Part shown: one piece after another, positions 9,595 to 20,916 of the stretch
Layout of the letters: every line of letters begins with the position of its first letter
How positions within the stretch are numbered: position 1 is the stretch's first letter
Origin: an uncultured bacterium
Lineage (GTDB): Bacteria > Desulfobacterota_D > UBA1144 > Nemesobacterales > UBA2774
NCBI GenBank assembly: GCA_963825135.1
Contig: CAWGRW010000010.1
Coordinates: 160,026-224,025, forward strand
Direction of reading: 5' to 3'
Length of the DNA stretch: 64,000 nt
Translations under genes and position numbers: made by a program
The notes under the pieces: generated by a model
The model's input: the letters and a program-made list of their open reading frames with translations, nothing else
What the model was told of the DNA's origin: nothing
The model's database searches: none

Positions 9595-10029
9595 ATGAGC
9601 GAGAGTAAAACATACACAGGAAGTTGTTTTTGCGGAGCGGTTCAGATAGCCGCAACCGGCGAGCCCGTACTCATGGGCTACTGCCACTGCGATTCGTGCA
9701 GGCACTGGTCGGCGGGGCCGGTCAACGCGTTCACCCTCTGGAAACCCGATGCGGTGAAGGTCACCAAGGGCGAAGCCAACGTCGGCACGTTCAACAAAAC
9801 GCCCCACAGCTTCCGCAAGTGGTGCAAGACGTGCGGGGGTCACGTATTGACCGTGCATCCGACAATGGGACTCACCGACTTGTACGCGGCCATAATCCCG
9901 GGCCTCCCGTTCAAGCCGGCGGTCCACGTGAACTATCAGGAGACCGTGCTTCACATTATGGACGGCCTGCCCAAGTTCAAGGACTTCCCGAAGGAAGCGG
10001 GCGGCTCCGGCGATACGATGCCTGAGTAA
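9595..10029 (+). CDS. GFA/CENP-V family Zn-binding protein
   Basis: GSCFCGAV, CHCDSCR, CKTCG motifs. Confidence 0.92.
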   Translation: MSESKTYTGSCFCGAVQIAATGEPVLMGYCHCDSCRHWSAGPVNAFTLWKPDAVKVTKGEANVGTFNKTPHSFRKWCKTCGGHVLTVHPTMGLTDLYAAIIPGLPFKPAVHVNYQETVLHIMDGLPKFKDFPKEAGGSGDTMPE

Positions 10030-10062
10030 ATGAATAGTTCCCTCCCCCTCTATAGGAGGGGG

Positions 10063-10153
10063 AACTGCCGCGAACGAGTGAGCGGTAGGTCGCTCTTGCA
10101 ACAAAGGCAGGAAAGGCGCTTAATTCCGATTCTTCGATGCCTAGGCCAAAATA
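10063..10153 (+). mobile_element. AAC-hairpin-GGWC element in a CCCTCCCCC..GGGGG host
   Basis: AAC TGCCGC gaacgagtga GCGGTA GGTC; empty host at 28321-28370. Confidence 0.72.
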
Positions 10154-10744
10154 GTTAAGGGTGGGGGTGTACCTTATTATTTCTATATTATTTCTGTCAT
10201 TCCCGACACCGATCGGGAATCTAGTCTTTTAAATCCCCCTAAATCCCCCTTTACAAAGGGGGAAAACAATATTTCCAGATTTTAATTCCCTCCTTTAGCA
10301 AAGGAGGGTTAGGGAGGATTTAGCTTTTTCTTATCCCCGCGACATTACAGAATTTGCGGCACACAATGTGTGCTCATACTACGATCCTTCCGTAACTCCT
10401 CTGCCATCGCCGGGTAATTAGCCAAACCCGTTCGTGCTGAGCCAGTCGAAGCACGTTACCCGACATTACAGAATTTGCGTATAGAAAATCGATTGTACGA
10501 GCGTTAAGAATCTTACGTGGGATGGGGTGGGATCGGAAGATTTAGCGAGTACATGAGATTTTTAGCAAATTATGTAGTCGGATGATTTTTGCTTCTTTTC
10601 ATCAAGGAAAAGAAGGATAAATAAAACAGCCTTTCACCTTTCCTTTGTCTTTTCGAATGTTCACACTACGTGTGTGCTTCTTTTCATCAAGGAAAAGAAG
10701 AGAATAATATATTGCCTTCGTTTTATTTTAAATCCCCCTGAATC

Positions 10745-10829
10745 TGGCTTAACAAAAATGTCGCTTCGATTAAGGAAATCCTTTGCCTTTAATCATCTCC
10801 GACCAATTCCTCACTTGCTCGGAATTGTT
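10745..10829 (-). mobile_element. AAC-hairpin-GGWC element (85 nt) in an inverted host
   Basis: Clean insertion relative to the empty host at 10231-10262. Confidence 0.8.
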
Positions 10830-10887
10830 CCCCTTTACAAAGGGGGAAAACAATATTTCCAGTATTTAATTCCCTCCATGGAAAAAG

Positions 10888-10979
10888 AACGGATGCGAAC
10901 GGGCGAGCATTCGGACGCCCTATCTCAAAGAGCACAGAAGTAACTTAACTTCCAGCTCCATCCTTCTGAAGTCCAAATA
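10888..10979 (+). mobile_element. AAC-hairpin-GGWC element
   Basis: AAC GGATGC gaacgggcga GCATTC GGAC; empty host at 10283-10320. Confidence 0.72.
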
Positions 10980-11024
10980 GGCTAGAGAGGATTTTATTTC
11001 CCCTCCCCCCGACGGGCACAGAAT

Positions 11025-11880
11025 TTACTTCCTCGCCATTATGAACCAGGTGCTCGAAGGCATATACACCCCGTCCGCCCTTTCGTACTTCTTCATCGAC
11101 TTTCTCATATCCTCGCGCACCACGGCGAGCTTTTCCTTGCCCAGCTCCGCCGCCTCGCGGATTATCTCCCCCGACGGGCCGACCAGTATCTGAAAATCAA
11201 TCGCCTCTTCGAGGCTCGTCCCTATGCACACCTCGGCGTCGTTCCTCCTGAAGAGATCGACCTTCTCGAACCCCGCGGCCTTCAGCATCCCCCTGTCGGT
11301 CTCCTCGTCGGCGAGCGCGAACGGGCCCGGCCCGCAGGTCTGCGCGCTCTCTCCCGGAGGGGGCAGGTGCTTGAGCGCGACGTCCTTCGCCAGGCCCCAG
11401 CACGGGTTATCCCTTATCGTCCTCCAGACTATCATGCAGAGCTTGCCGCCCGGCTTGAGCGTCTTGTGCGCGTTCTTGAGCGCATAGACGATATTCTGAA
11501 AAAACATCACGCCGAAGCGCGAATAAACCACGTCGTAATAATTCTCCGGCAGCTCGCATGTCTGCGCGTCGCCGAGGACGAACTTCACGTTGCGCGAGCC
11601 CCGCCGCGTCCCTCTCCCTGTTCGCGATTTCGAGAAACGCCTCGGTGCAGTCGAGCCCCAGCACCTCGCCCCCGGGGCCGACCATCCTGCCCATTTCGAG
11701 GCACGTCTCGCCGTATCCGCAGCCTATGTCGAGCACCTTGTCGCCCGGCTTGATCTGAAAATATTCGTATGCCATGGCGCTGTGGACGGCGCCGTTCCCG
11801 GAGAGCAGATGGCGGAACCTGTTCCACTTCGGGACGAGTATTTCGTTCCAGCAGTTAATAAATTCGTCGTTACCGTTCAT
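11025..11880 (-). CDS. Class I SAM-dependent methyltransferase, frameshift near 11590
   Basis: VLDIGCGYG in 11407-11880 joins YDVVYSRFGVMFF in 11025-11588. Confidence 0.88.
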
Positions 11881-12038
11881 CGGCAGTCTCCTTCTGCATG
11901 TACGTACACATTATCGTTGCGCGGAAAGAGCGTGTCAATCCGCTGCGCACCGGTAGAACGTGCGTTTTATCTATTTCCCATGCCTCCTCGGCGTAAACGG
12001 GCCAGGGAAGGCAAGCCGGAAGCTTGTCGGAGGCCGGA

Positions 12039-12551
12039 TCAGACCGCGCCCGAGGCCCTTCTCCGCCTCAACGCGAAGTAAACGCCCGCTATAATCAATC
12101 CACCGGCCGCTGCGATCATGCCCCACCCGGACAGGGCGGGTATGTTACTTTCCACCTGCGCCCTGACGTTGACGAATGTGCACTGGATATCCCTCATTCC
12201 CGACTGGCAATCGATCCGGACGCCGCCGTCAATCACCTCGAACGGCACTTCAGTCTCGGTCGTGCATTCGACCGAACCGAGAGCCCATCCCGGAGACGGG
12301 TCCTCGAGCACGGTGAATTCGCCGGAGCCGTTGAAAAGAAAGTGGTGCGTGTCTCCGTCGACTATGCTAAAATCCGCAACCTCGGGCACCGTAGTCGTAA
12401 AACTGAAAAGCGTATCGCCGGCCCCCTCCGCCTCTTTCGCTATAATAGTCGCGCACGACCCGCGGGCCGAGTCATTAACCATAAACAGAGAGACAGACAA
12501 CAGAATCACGGCGATACCGAAGAAATTCAGAATAGTATCGAATCTCCTCAT
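12039..12551 (-). CDS. IPTL-CTERM sorting-domain protein (SpaA/prealbumin-like fold)
   Basis: Signal peptide; PSPGWALGSVEC; C-terminal IPALSGWG-TM-RRRR. Confidence 0.85.
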   Translation of the reverse strand: MRRFDTILNFFGIAVILLSVSLFMVNDSARGSCATIIAKEAEGAGDTLFSFTTTVPEVADFSIVDGDTHHFLFNGSGEFTVLEDPSPGWALGSVECTTETEVPFEVIDGGVRIDCQSGMRDIQCTFVNVRAQVESNIPALSGWGMIAAAGGLIIAGVYFALRRRRASGAV

Positions 12552-12828
12552 TTTTCTATCCTCCTTTTCATATTGAATTCCGTTTTTATATTGAATTCCG
12601 TTCCCGGCAGGTCAGGTTGCCGGTCCGGCTCTTGATGATTTTCTTTACACGGACAACTGTAATCTCCATAAAACGTATATATACATTATTAAGCTTCCCG
12701 CTCCCGGAGTCAATCTCACAAATGACGCCGCCCCCTCGCCGCCGGTTCCGCGCGCCCCCCGAATCCTTGACCGCCATCGTGAAAAACGTGTATAATCGCA
12801 GCTATCACCGCGTCAGGAGGAAGCCCGG

Positions 12829-13425
12829 ATGAAAGGAATAAAGAAGTTCTACATACTATCATTACTAATCTCGTTATCGGTCTTCGCCCCGAGGGTTTGG
12901 GCGCAGCCCCCGGATCTGCCCGAAGGGCGCGTGCGTCACGCCGGAAGTGGAGCAGTGCGTGAACCCCGACCAGACGCTGCTCAAATGGAGCGAAGGCACG
13001 GAGCAATGGCCCGACGAGGCGTGCAACTCGGATCGAACTATAGCTTCGGCGACTGCGACACCGACAGCTGCGACTCCGCCAACTCGTACGCACAGTACGT
13101 GTGCGCGGCTAACGGTTATGACGTCGGAATCTGGACGGGCAGGAAGGCGGCAGGCTGCGGTCCCGGCGGTCCCGGCGGCCCCGTCACGAACGGCACCGGA
13201 AACTTCAGCTTCTACTGCCTGGACGATTCTATCCCCTGCGATCCGTTTTTAGAAGATAGCTGCGTTCCATCCGATCAGACGCAGATCGAGGTCTTCTGCT
13301 GCAATATATCGAGGCCGGCGCTGTCTCCGATACCGGCTATATCCGAATGGGGTTTGATCGCCACGGCGGCTGCTCTGGGAGTAGTCGGATTCATGGTATT
13401 CAAGCGAAGGAAACAAACAGCGTAG
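12829..13425 (+). CDS. Cys-rich IPTL-CTERM protein; probably two compensating frameshifts (~12910 and ~13040)
   Basis: Signal peptide, IPAISEWG-TM-KRRK; the alternate frame ICPKGACVTPEVEQCVNP fits better in the middle. Confidence 0.8.
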   Translation: MKGIKKFYILSLLISLSVFAPRVWAQPPDLPEGRVRHAGSGAVREPRPDAAQMERRHGAMARRGVQLGSNYSFGDCDTDSCDSANSYAQYVCAANGYDVGIWTGRKAAGCGPGGPGGPVTNGTGNFSFYCLDDSIPCDPFLEDSCVPSDQTQIEVFCCNISRPALSPIPAISEWGLIATAAALGVVGFMVFKRRKQTA

Positions 13426-13450
13426 AACATACTGAATAAACGTATAACAA

Positions 13451-13475
13451 AAAGGGAGCTTCGGCTCCCTTTTTT
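13451..13475 (+). terminator. Rho-independent terminator GGGAGCTTCGGCTCCC-T6
   Basis: Hairpin plus U-tract; same hairpin at 14446-14470 and 14991-15014. Confidence 0.85.
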
Positions 13476-13494
13476 GTTTATCCGCCGCCTTCCC

Positions 13495-13990
13495 CTTCAT
13501 CCCGGGCGCACACGAAGCGTGCTGTCGAAGGGTATATCCCAATCCTGTCATTTCGAGGTGAAGGCGAGAAATCTATCTTTTGTCTTTTCTTCCCGACATT
13601 ACAGAATTTGCGGCACACGAATGCGTGCTGCATATACGATTCTTCCGAATCTCCTCTGCCATCGCCAGGCAATGTAGCCGCAACCCGTTCACCCCGAGCG
13701 CGTCGAAGGGCGGTAATCTTATCTCCCTCCCCCCTTGAGGGGGAGGGTATGGGTGGGGGTTTACCTTAGTCCCACAATCAATCCAGAAGGTCTTTCCTTC
13801 CCGACATTACAGAATTTGCGTTAAGAAAATCGCGTGTTTAAGCGTAAAGAAATCTTTGAGCAGTCCAATTGAAAGATTTTAGCTAAAACACAAGATTTTT
13901 AGCGTAATTCTGTAGTCGGAATGATTTTTGCTTCTTTTCATCAAGGAAAAGAAGGATAAATAAAACTAGCCTTTCACCTTCCTTTGCCTT
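13495..13990 (+). repeat. Composite repeat cluster 3 (variant B hairpin 13801-13919)
   Basis: Same arms, alternative inner stem. Confidence 0.9.
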
Positions 13991-14080
13991 TTCTCCCACT
14001 TCGAATGCCGCAAACTCAGCATTTTTATTCCTCGTCCGTTTATTGTATAATAGAGTCAATTATTAACGGAGGGTAAGAAT

Positions 14081-14416
14081 ATGCGCGGAATACGGACTTA
14101 TTCGTTCGCTGTAGCTTTTCTGGCATTTGGCTTTTTACTTCTGGCATTGCCGAAAGACGGGTTTTCGGGATTCTCAACCGAGATATCCTGCTGCCAGGCG
14201 GAAGGTAAGTGCACCGATAGTTCAGAGGGACCCTTTCTATGCAGGGTTGAAGACGTTGTCGAAAACGCGTTTTGTGATCAGGGCACGGGCGAATGCACGC
14301 TTATTGACACCAGCAGCAACATACCGACCCTCTCCGAATGGGGATTGATTGCCATGGCCGGCGTGCTGGGAATAGCGGGATACGTCATTATCAGAAGAAG
14401 GAAGGCAACGGCTTAA
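14081..14416 (+). CDS. Small Cys-rich IPTL-CTERM protein, copy 1
   Basis: GGAGG RBS; IPTLSEWG-TM-RRRK. Confidence 0.9.
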   Translation: MRGIRTYSFAVAFLAFGFLLLALPKDGFSGFSTEISCCQAEGKCTDSSEGPFLCRVEDVVENAFCDQGTGECTLIDTSSNIPTLSEWGLIAMAGVLGIAGYVIIRRRKATA

Positions 14417-14445
14417 AGCCCGGAATATCTACAATCTATCTTAGC

Positions 14446-14470
14446 AAAGGGAGCTTCGGCTCCCTTTTTT
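14446..14470 (+). terminator. Rho-independent terminator
   Basis: GGGAGCTTCGGCTCCC followed by T6. Confidence 0.85.
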
Positions 14471-14623
14471 ATTCGCGCTGCCTGGGCGCGGTTCTTGAGA
14501 CGGACCAGCCCGTCTATACCTCCATCGGCAAAACGGCAGCGTCTGTGAACCCCCGGAATTAAAGCTGTTGTTCCTCGTCCGTTTATTGTATAATAGAGTC
14601 AACTATTAATGGAGGGTAAGAAT

Positions 14624-14962
14624 ATGCGGGGAATACGGACTTATTCATTCGTAGTCGCTTTTCTGGCATTTGGTTTTTTACTTCTGGCATTGCCGGAAGA
14701 CGGGTTTTCGGGACTTGGTCCCGCACCTCAATACTGCTGCCAGGGTGAGGGGACCTGTGCTGATAGTTCAGAGGGGCCCATTTTGTGCAGGGTCGAAGAC
14801 GTTGTCCAAAACGCGTTTTGCAATCAGGAAACCGGCGAATGCGCGCTCCTTGACACCAGCAGCAACATCCCCACCCTCTCCGAATGGGGATTGATAGCCA
14901 TGGCCGGCGTTCTGGGAATAGCGGGATATGTCATTATCAGAAGAAGGAAGGCAACGGCTTAA
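14624..14962 (+). CDS. Small Cys-rich IPTL-CTERM protein, copy 2 (tandem duplicate)
   Basis: Highly similar to 14081-14416, including upstream promoter and RBS. Confidence 0.9.
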   Translation: MRGIRTYSFVVAFLAFGFLLLALPEDGFSGLGPAPQYCCQGEGTCADSSEGPILCRVEDVVQNAFCNQETGECALLDTSSNIPTLSEWGLIAMAGVLGIAGYVIIRRRKATA

Positions 14963-14990
14963 AACCTCGAATTTAAAATATATACACATC

Positions 14991-15014
14991 AAGGGAGCTT
15001 CGGCTCCCTTTTTT
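14991..15014 (+). terminator. Rho-independent terminator
   Basis: GGGAGCTTCGGCTCCC followed by T5. Confidence 0.85.
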
Positions 15015-15345
15015 GTTTATCCGCCGCCCAACCCGTTCACCCGAGCCTGCCTGTCCCGAGCCCGTCAAAGGATCGAATTGCGAAAGGTTCAGAACCATAA
15101 TACCGTATGGAGAGAAACCGGTCGCAGCGGGATATGCGCATGTTAATGCATGACGTGCCGTAATTTCGCCTAATTTTGACAAACAGGGATTATAATTAAG
15201 CAATAAGCATAAAAGTTCCGCCCCGGAAAAGGAATAAATGTTAAAGTAATAAAGAGCGTTAAGTTCGGATTTGAATGTTATTGTTCATGCCGGGCTGCGG
15301 CCGGATGACTGCCGGGGATAGCAGCGAGAGGGGCGCGTGGAATAA

Positions 15346-18300
15346 ATGAAAGAGAGCTCTAAGACCAAAGCGCAGCTTTTAAACGAGCTTGAAAACCTTC
15401 GCAGCGCAAGCGCCCGCTACGAAACCATTCTCAACATCGCCGAGGACGCGGTCGTATCCGCCGACGCGGAGCACAGAATCGTCTATTTCAATAAAGGGGC
15501 GGAAAAAATCTTCGGCTACCGCCCGGACGAAATCCTTGGCAAGCCTCTCGAAGTCCTCATGCCCGCGCGATTCACGGAAGCCCACGCAAAACACGTGCAG
15601 GATTTCGCCCGCGGCCGCGTGTCGTCGAGGTACATGAACGAACGCTCCAGGTTCTTCGCCCTCCGGAAGGACGGCACGGAGTTCCCGGCCGAGGCCTCGA
15701 TCTCCAGGTACGGCACGGGAGAGGGGACGGTGTTCACGGCGATAATGCGCGACGTCAGCGCTGAGAACGACTCCAGAAGCGAGCTCGAACATGCGCTCTC
15801 CCTCCTCCGCGCAACTATCGACGCAACCGCCGACGGCATTATATCGATAGACATGTCGAACAGGATAACGAGCCTCAACCGGAAGTACGTCGAAATGTGG
15901 CGGCTGCCCGAGCAGGTCACGGCGGCGAGAGACTTCGGCCCGCTGATAGAGCACTTACTCTCCAATGGTAAAGGACCCCGAATGCATCCACGGGACGGTA
16001 AGTCATCTCGAGAAGTGCCCGGAGAAGCCGATACACGAGTTCATAGAGCTCAAGGACGGCAGGGTCTTCGAGCATTCGAGCAACCCCCAGATGATCGGGG
16101 ACGAAATCGTCGGCATCGTCTGCAGCTACCGCGACGTTACGGATGAGAGGCACGTCGTCGAGAAGTTGGGCGAGAGCATCTCGCGGCTGTCGAAGAAGAA
16201 CCGGTACGAGTCGATCATCGACTCGATTCACAGGAGCGTCACCGAATCCCACAACCTTCAGGAAATTCTCGACGACATCGTCGAGGCCATAAGTAAAAAC
16301 ACCCAGTCGTCCGATATCGTTTCCATCTATTTCGTCGAAGGCCGCGAAGCGGTGCTCAAGGCATCGAAGGGCTATCCCGACTGGTATATGAGGGAGGCGG
16401 GCAGGATACCGTATCCGAAGGGCTTTACCTGGAAGGCGATCATAGAGAATAAACCCTTGCTATACTGCTCGGACGTCGACCAGGACCTGGCTATCGGACC
16501 CGCCGGGAGGAGACTGGGGACGAAGAGCTACGTGTCCATGCCGTTCGGACACGAAGGCGAGGTCACGGGGACGATAAACATTCATTCCCTGAAGAGGGAC
16601 GCGTACGATGAGGAAGAATTAAATTTATTGGAAACGGTGGCGCAGCAGATAGAGAGGGCCATAAAGAAAATACGCATGACGGAGGCGCTCCGGCAGTCAG
16701 AGGAGCGCTACCGCATACTATTCGATCAATCGCCCGTCGGCGTGTATATCTTCGACAGGGACCTGAACGTCACGCAGTGCAACAAGCGGATGACCGAGAT
16801 ACTGCGGAGAGCCCCGATGACACGATCGTAGGGTTCAACCTCAGGGACCTCAAAGACAAGAGCTTCGTCCCCGCGACTGAAAAGACGATACTGGGCGAGC
16901 ACTCATACCGTGAAGGCCTGTATGAAGCGACTACGAGCGGGGCCAGGGTGTGGCTGTCTCAGTACTTCTCCCCGCTCCGCGACGAGCAGGGGACCGTCAT
17001 AGGCGGCATGGGTGTCGCCGAGGACATCACGGAGCGCAAAGAAGCGGAGGGGGCGCTGCAGAAAATCAAAACGAGCCTCTCGGACGCGCAGCGGATAGCG
17101 CACCTCGGGAACTGGGACTGGGACATCGGGACGAACGCGCTCCTCTGGTCGGACGAGGTTTACCGGATATTCGGATACGCACCGCAGGAGTTCGGCGCGA
17201 CGTACGGATCGTTCCTGAATTCCGTCCACCCGGACGACAGGGATTTCGTAAAGAAGTCCGTCGACGAAACTCTCTACCGGGGGGCGATTTACAGCATCGA
17301 CCACCGGATAGTGCTCCCGGACGGCTCGGAGCGCGTTGTCCACGAGCGGGCCGAGGTCGTCTTCGACGATTACGGCCGGCCCGTCCGCATGATCGGGACC
17401 GTGCTCGACGTCACCGGACTAAAGAAAACGGAAGAGGATCTCAGGAATAACCAGCGCATGCTCACGACCGTGCTGACCAGCCTGCCGGGATGTACCTACC
17501 GTCGCAGGAACGACAAAGACTTCGCGTTCGAATTCGTGAGCGAAGGCATATCGGCGCTCACCGGTTATACGTTCGACGATTACAGGAGCAAAACGGCGAA
17601 TTACCTCGACCTCATTCACCCCGACGACCTTCCGAATATCCTGAGCGACGTGTACGATGCGCTCGAAAATCACCGGATGTACGAGGTGATATACAGGATC
17701 AGGACCGGCAAGAACGAGGAGAAGTGGCTATGGGACAAGGGCCAGGGCGTCTATTCGCCCTCGGGAGATCTTCTTTACCTCGAAGGTTTCGTTACCGACA
17801 TAACGGAGAGGAAGCGTCTCGAGGAGCGGGTCGGCCAGTCCCAGAAGATGGAGGCCGTCGGCAGGCTCGCGGGCGGGATCGCCCACGACTTCAATAACCT
17901 TCTCACGGTAATCCTCAACTACAGCGATCTCCTGCTCTCGCGACCTGCGACCGACAAAAAGCAGGAGGAGCGCATACGGGAGATTAAAAACGCGGGGGAG
18001 CGCGCCGCGGCATTGACGAAGCAGCTCCTGGCCTTCAGCCGCAAACAGATCCTCCAGCCGAAGGTGCTCGACTTAAACGACGTAGTCGCCGGGATGGAGA
18101 AGATGATACGGCGGCTCACCCGTGAGGACATAGTGCTCGTCACCGAGCTTGAGCCCGCGCTCTGGCGCGTGAAAGCCGACCCGGTACAGATCGAACAGGT
18201 GATTTTGAACCTCGCCATCAACGCCGGGGACGCAATGCCGAAGGGAGGAACGCTGCGTATACAAACGTCGAACGTCCGTCCGGGAGAAGCTCTCTCGGGC

Positions 18301-18993
18301 CGGGACCCGGGCTTTGAGCCCGGGAGCTCCGTGATGCTCTCCGTAAGCGATACCGGACACGGGATGGACGAGGCGACGCTGTCGCAAATCTTCGACCCCT
18401 TCTTCACGATGAAAGAGATCGGAAAAGGGACCGGGCTCGGCCTCGCGACCGTCCACGGGATAATCAATCAGAGCGGCGGACGCGTCACGGTCGACAGCGG
18501 GATGGACAAGGGCACGACGTTTAGAATATATCTCCCCGCGGTCGAGGGGCTTCCCGAAGAAGCCCGGGACAGTATCACGGCGGTGGGGAACGCAGAGGGA
18601 GGACCGGAAACCATACTTATTGCCGAAGACCAGAACGAGGTGCTGTCCCTGGTCAGTCTGGTATTGGAAGAAGCGGGACATAACGTGCTCGAAGCGAATA
18701 ATAGCGATGCGGCGATCCTGACCTGTGAGCGGCACAAAGAACCGATCGACCTGCTGCTGATCGATGTCGTTATGCCGCATATGAGCGGACCCGAGCTCGC
18801 CAGGCGTCTGACGGCGCTTCACCCCGAGATGAAAGTCCTCTACATGTCGGGCTACATCGATAGCACGATCGATGAATACGGCGTCTTCTCCAACGGAAGG
18901 TCTTTCCTGCAGAAACCTTTCACGCCCTCAGTCCTCCTCGGCAAAGTGCGCGAAGTGCTGAACGCACCTCTTGCACGGACGGGCGGCGGGTGA
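15346..18993 (+). CDS. Multi-PAS/GAF hybrid sensor histidine kinase-response regulator, split by frameshifts near 15965 and 16810
   Basis: PAS/PAC repeats, GAF, AGGIAHDFNNLL H-box, GTGLGL G2 box, REC DVVMP...LQKPF. Confidence 0.9.
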
Positions 18994-19440
18994 GCACCCG
19001 CGGGCGTACGATCTCGAGCATCTCCTTTCCTGTCATTTCGAACAACAGTTGCAAGCGTGCGCGCAACTGGTCGACGTTGGTTGATTGCAAGTAACTCAAA
19101 TTGACACCGTACACGATCTGCACAATCCAAAACGAGACATCTGTCTTTTGCCTTTGGTATTAATTCCCTCCTTAGAAAAAGGAGGGCAAGGGAGGATTGG
19201 GGTGTTACCTTCCGTTCGTACTGAATCCAGCGAAGCACTTTTCTTCCCCGACATTACAGAATTTGCGTTAAGAAAACCGATTGTACGAGCGTTAAGAATC
19301 TTACGCGGGGTGGGGCGGAATCGGAAGATTTAGCGAGTACATGAGATTTTTAGCACAATTCTGTAGTCGGATGATTTTTGCTTCTTTTCATCAAGGAAAA
19401 GAAGGATCAATCAAATAGCCTTTCTCCTTCCTTTTGTCTT
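18985..19440 (+). repeat. Composite repeat cluster 4 (hairpin 19248-19370)
   Basis: First module overlaps the kinase stop codon. Confidence 0.9.
19044..19129 (+). mobile_element. AAC-hairpin-GGWC element
   Basis: AAC AGTTGC aagcgtgcgc GCAACT GGTC...CCA. Confidence 0.72.
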
Positions 19441-19534
19441 TCTCTCCCTTGCATCGAATGCCGCAAATGCAGAGCGGAACCCCGCCTTTTCCCCGATCTG
19501 CATGTATAATTCTACGGAGGAGAAAACCCCGCCG

Positions 19535-20125
19535 ATGAAACCTATCACGCTCGCCCTGATCGCGGCCATAATACTCACCGCCCTGGCCCCCGAATCCCGC
19601 GCGGAGAACAATACCCACGACTTCAGGAAAACCCGCTGGGGCATGACCCCGGCGCAGGTGAAGCTCACGGAGAACGGCACACCCGTGAGCGAGACCAAGC
19701 TCCCGCCCTACGACCTCGCCGTCAGCTACAGGGGAAAGTACGAAGGGCTCGACGCGGAGATCGGCTACCTGTTCACGAACGATAAGCTCGTCTTGGGCGG
19801 ATACGCCGTGACGAGCAAGTACGAGGACCCTCAGCAGTACGTGAAGGACTACGAGAGGGTAAAGGGCGTCCTCGCCGGGCAATTCGGCAAGCCCGCGGAG
19901 GACTGGAAGACCTGGAGCCCGGGTCAGCAGGAGGAAAAGCCCGAGTCCTACGGCAAGGCCGTGACGGAGGGGAAGCTGATACTCCAGACCTCCTGGAAAA
20001 CGCCCGAGACCGAAATATTCCTGACCCTCGAGGGCGGGAACGTGAACACAATCCTGTCGGTGCTCTACTACAGCGTGAAGTTAAACCCGCGCGTCGAGGA
20101 GCGGAAGCTCAATCAGCAGCCGTAG
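19535..20125 (+). CDS. Secreted protein, FRxxRWGM(S/T) family
   Basis: Signal peptide; DFRKTRWGMTPAQVK. Confidence 0.8.
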   Translation: MKPITLALIAAIILTALAPESRAENNTHDFRKTRWGMTPAQVKLTENGTPVSETKLPPYDLAVSYRGKYEGLDAEIGYLFTNDKLVLGGYAVTSKYEDPQQYVKDYERVKGVLAGQFGKPAEDWKTWSPGQQEEKPESYGKAVTEGKLILQTSWKTPETEIFLTLEGGNVNTILSVLYYSVKLNPRVEERKLNQQP

Positions 20126-20139
20126 AAAATTCGGCCGCG

Positions 20140-20900
20140 CGCACGCACACGCACGTAGCGCGTTTCTATGATCCTTCCGAAACTCCTACGCTCAAACCGG
20201 CAATCATGGCGTTTTCGTATGTCGGCGGCGACACCGCCCCGTTCACCCCGAGCGCACACGATGCGCGTCGAAGGGTTTTCCCTTCAATTCGTCCCTTAAA
20301 AAAGGGGGATTAGGGGGATTTAGTCTTTTCTTCCCCGACATTACAGAATTTGCGGCACACAATGTGTGCTCATATACCCCTTCCGGATCTCCTCCATATA
20401 GCCGGCAACGAAGCCCAACCCGTTCACCCTGAGCGCGTCGAAGGGCACATTATCCGTCATTTCGAGCAGCGCGAGAAATCTATCTTTTGCCTTTTCTTTT
20501 GCCTTTCCCCCCGACATTACAGAATTTGCGTTAAGAAAATCGCTTGTTTAAGCGTTAAGAAATCTTTGAGCAGTCCAATTGAAAGATTTTAGCTTAAACA
20601 CAAGATTTTTAGCACAATTCTGTAGTCGGATGATTTTTGCTTCTTTTCATCAAGGAAAAGAAGGATAAAAAAACAGCCTTTGTCTTGTCCTTCCTTAGTC
20701 TTGTCTTTTCGAATGATCACACTACGTGTGTGTGTCGCGGCTGGAAGCCGCTCCTACAAGTGATTGTAAACGCAGCATCGCTAAAAAAAAGCCCCTTTCC
20801 TCCATCCCGGAAGAAAGGGGCAACTTTGAAGTCACCCTGAACCGGTTTCAGGGTCCCGCTTTTCTTTTCTGTCATTCCCGTGAGCTTCCATCGGGAATCT
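20140..20900 (+). repeat. Composite repeat cluster 5 (variant B hairpin 20511-20629)
   Basis: Shared modules. Confidence 0.9.
20735..20757 (-). repeat. GTAG-type REP (GTAGGAGCGGCTTCCAGCCGCGA); others at 4945 (+), 37661 (-), 53332 (+)
   Basis: GTAG tetranucleotide followed by GCGGC/GCCGC hairpin. Confidence 0.7.
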
Positions 20901-20916
20901 CGCTGTTATTTCCCTT

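Larger units (their letters stand above)
10038..10995 (+). repeat. Composite repeat cluster 2 (hairpin 10460-10581)
   Basis: Same modules; carries three nested AAC elements. Confidence 0.9.
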
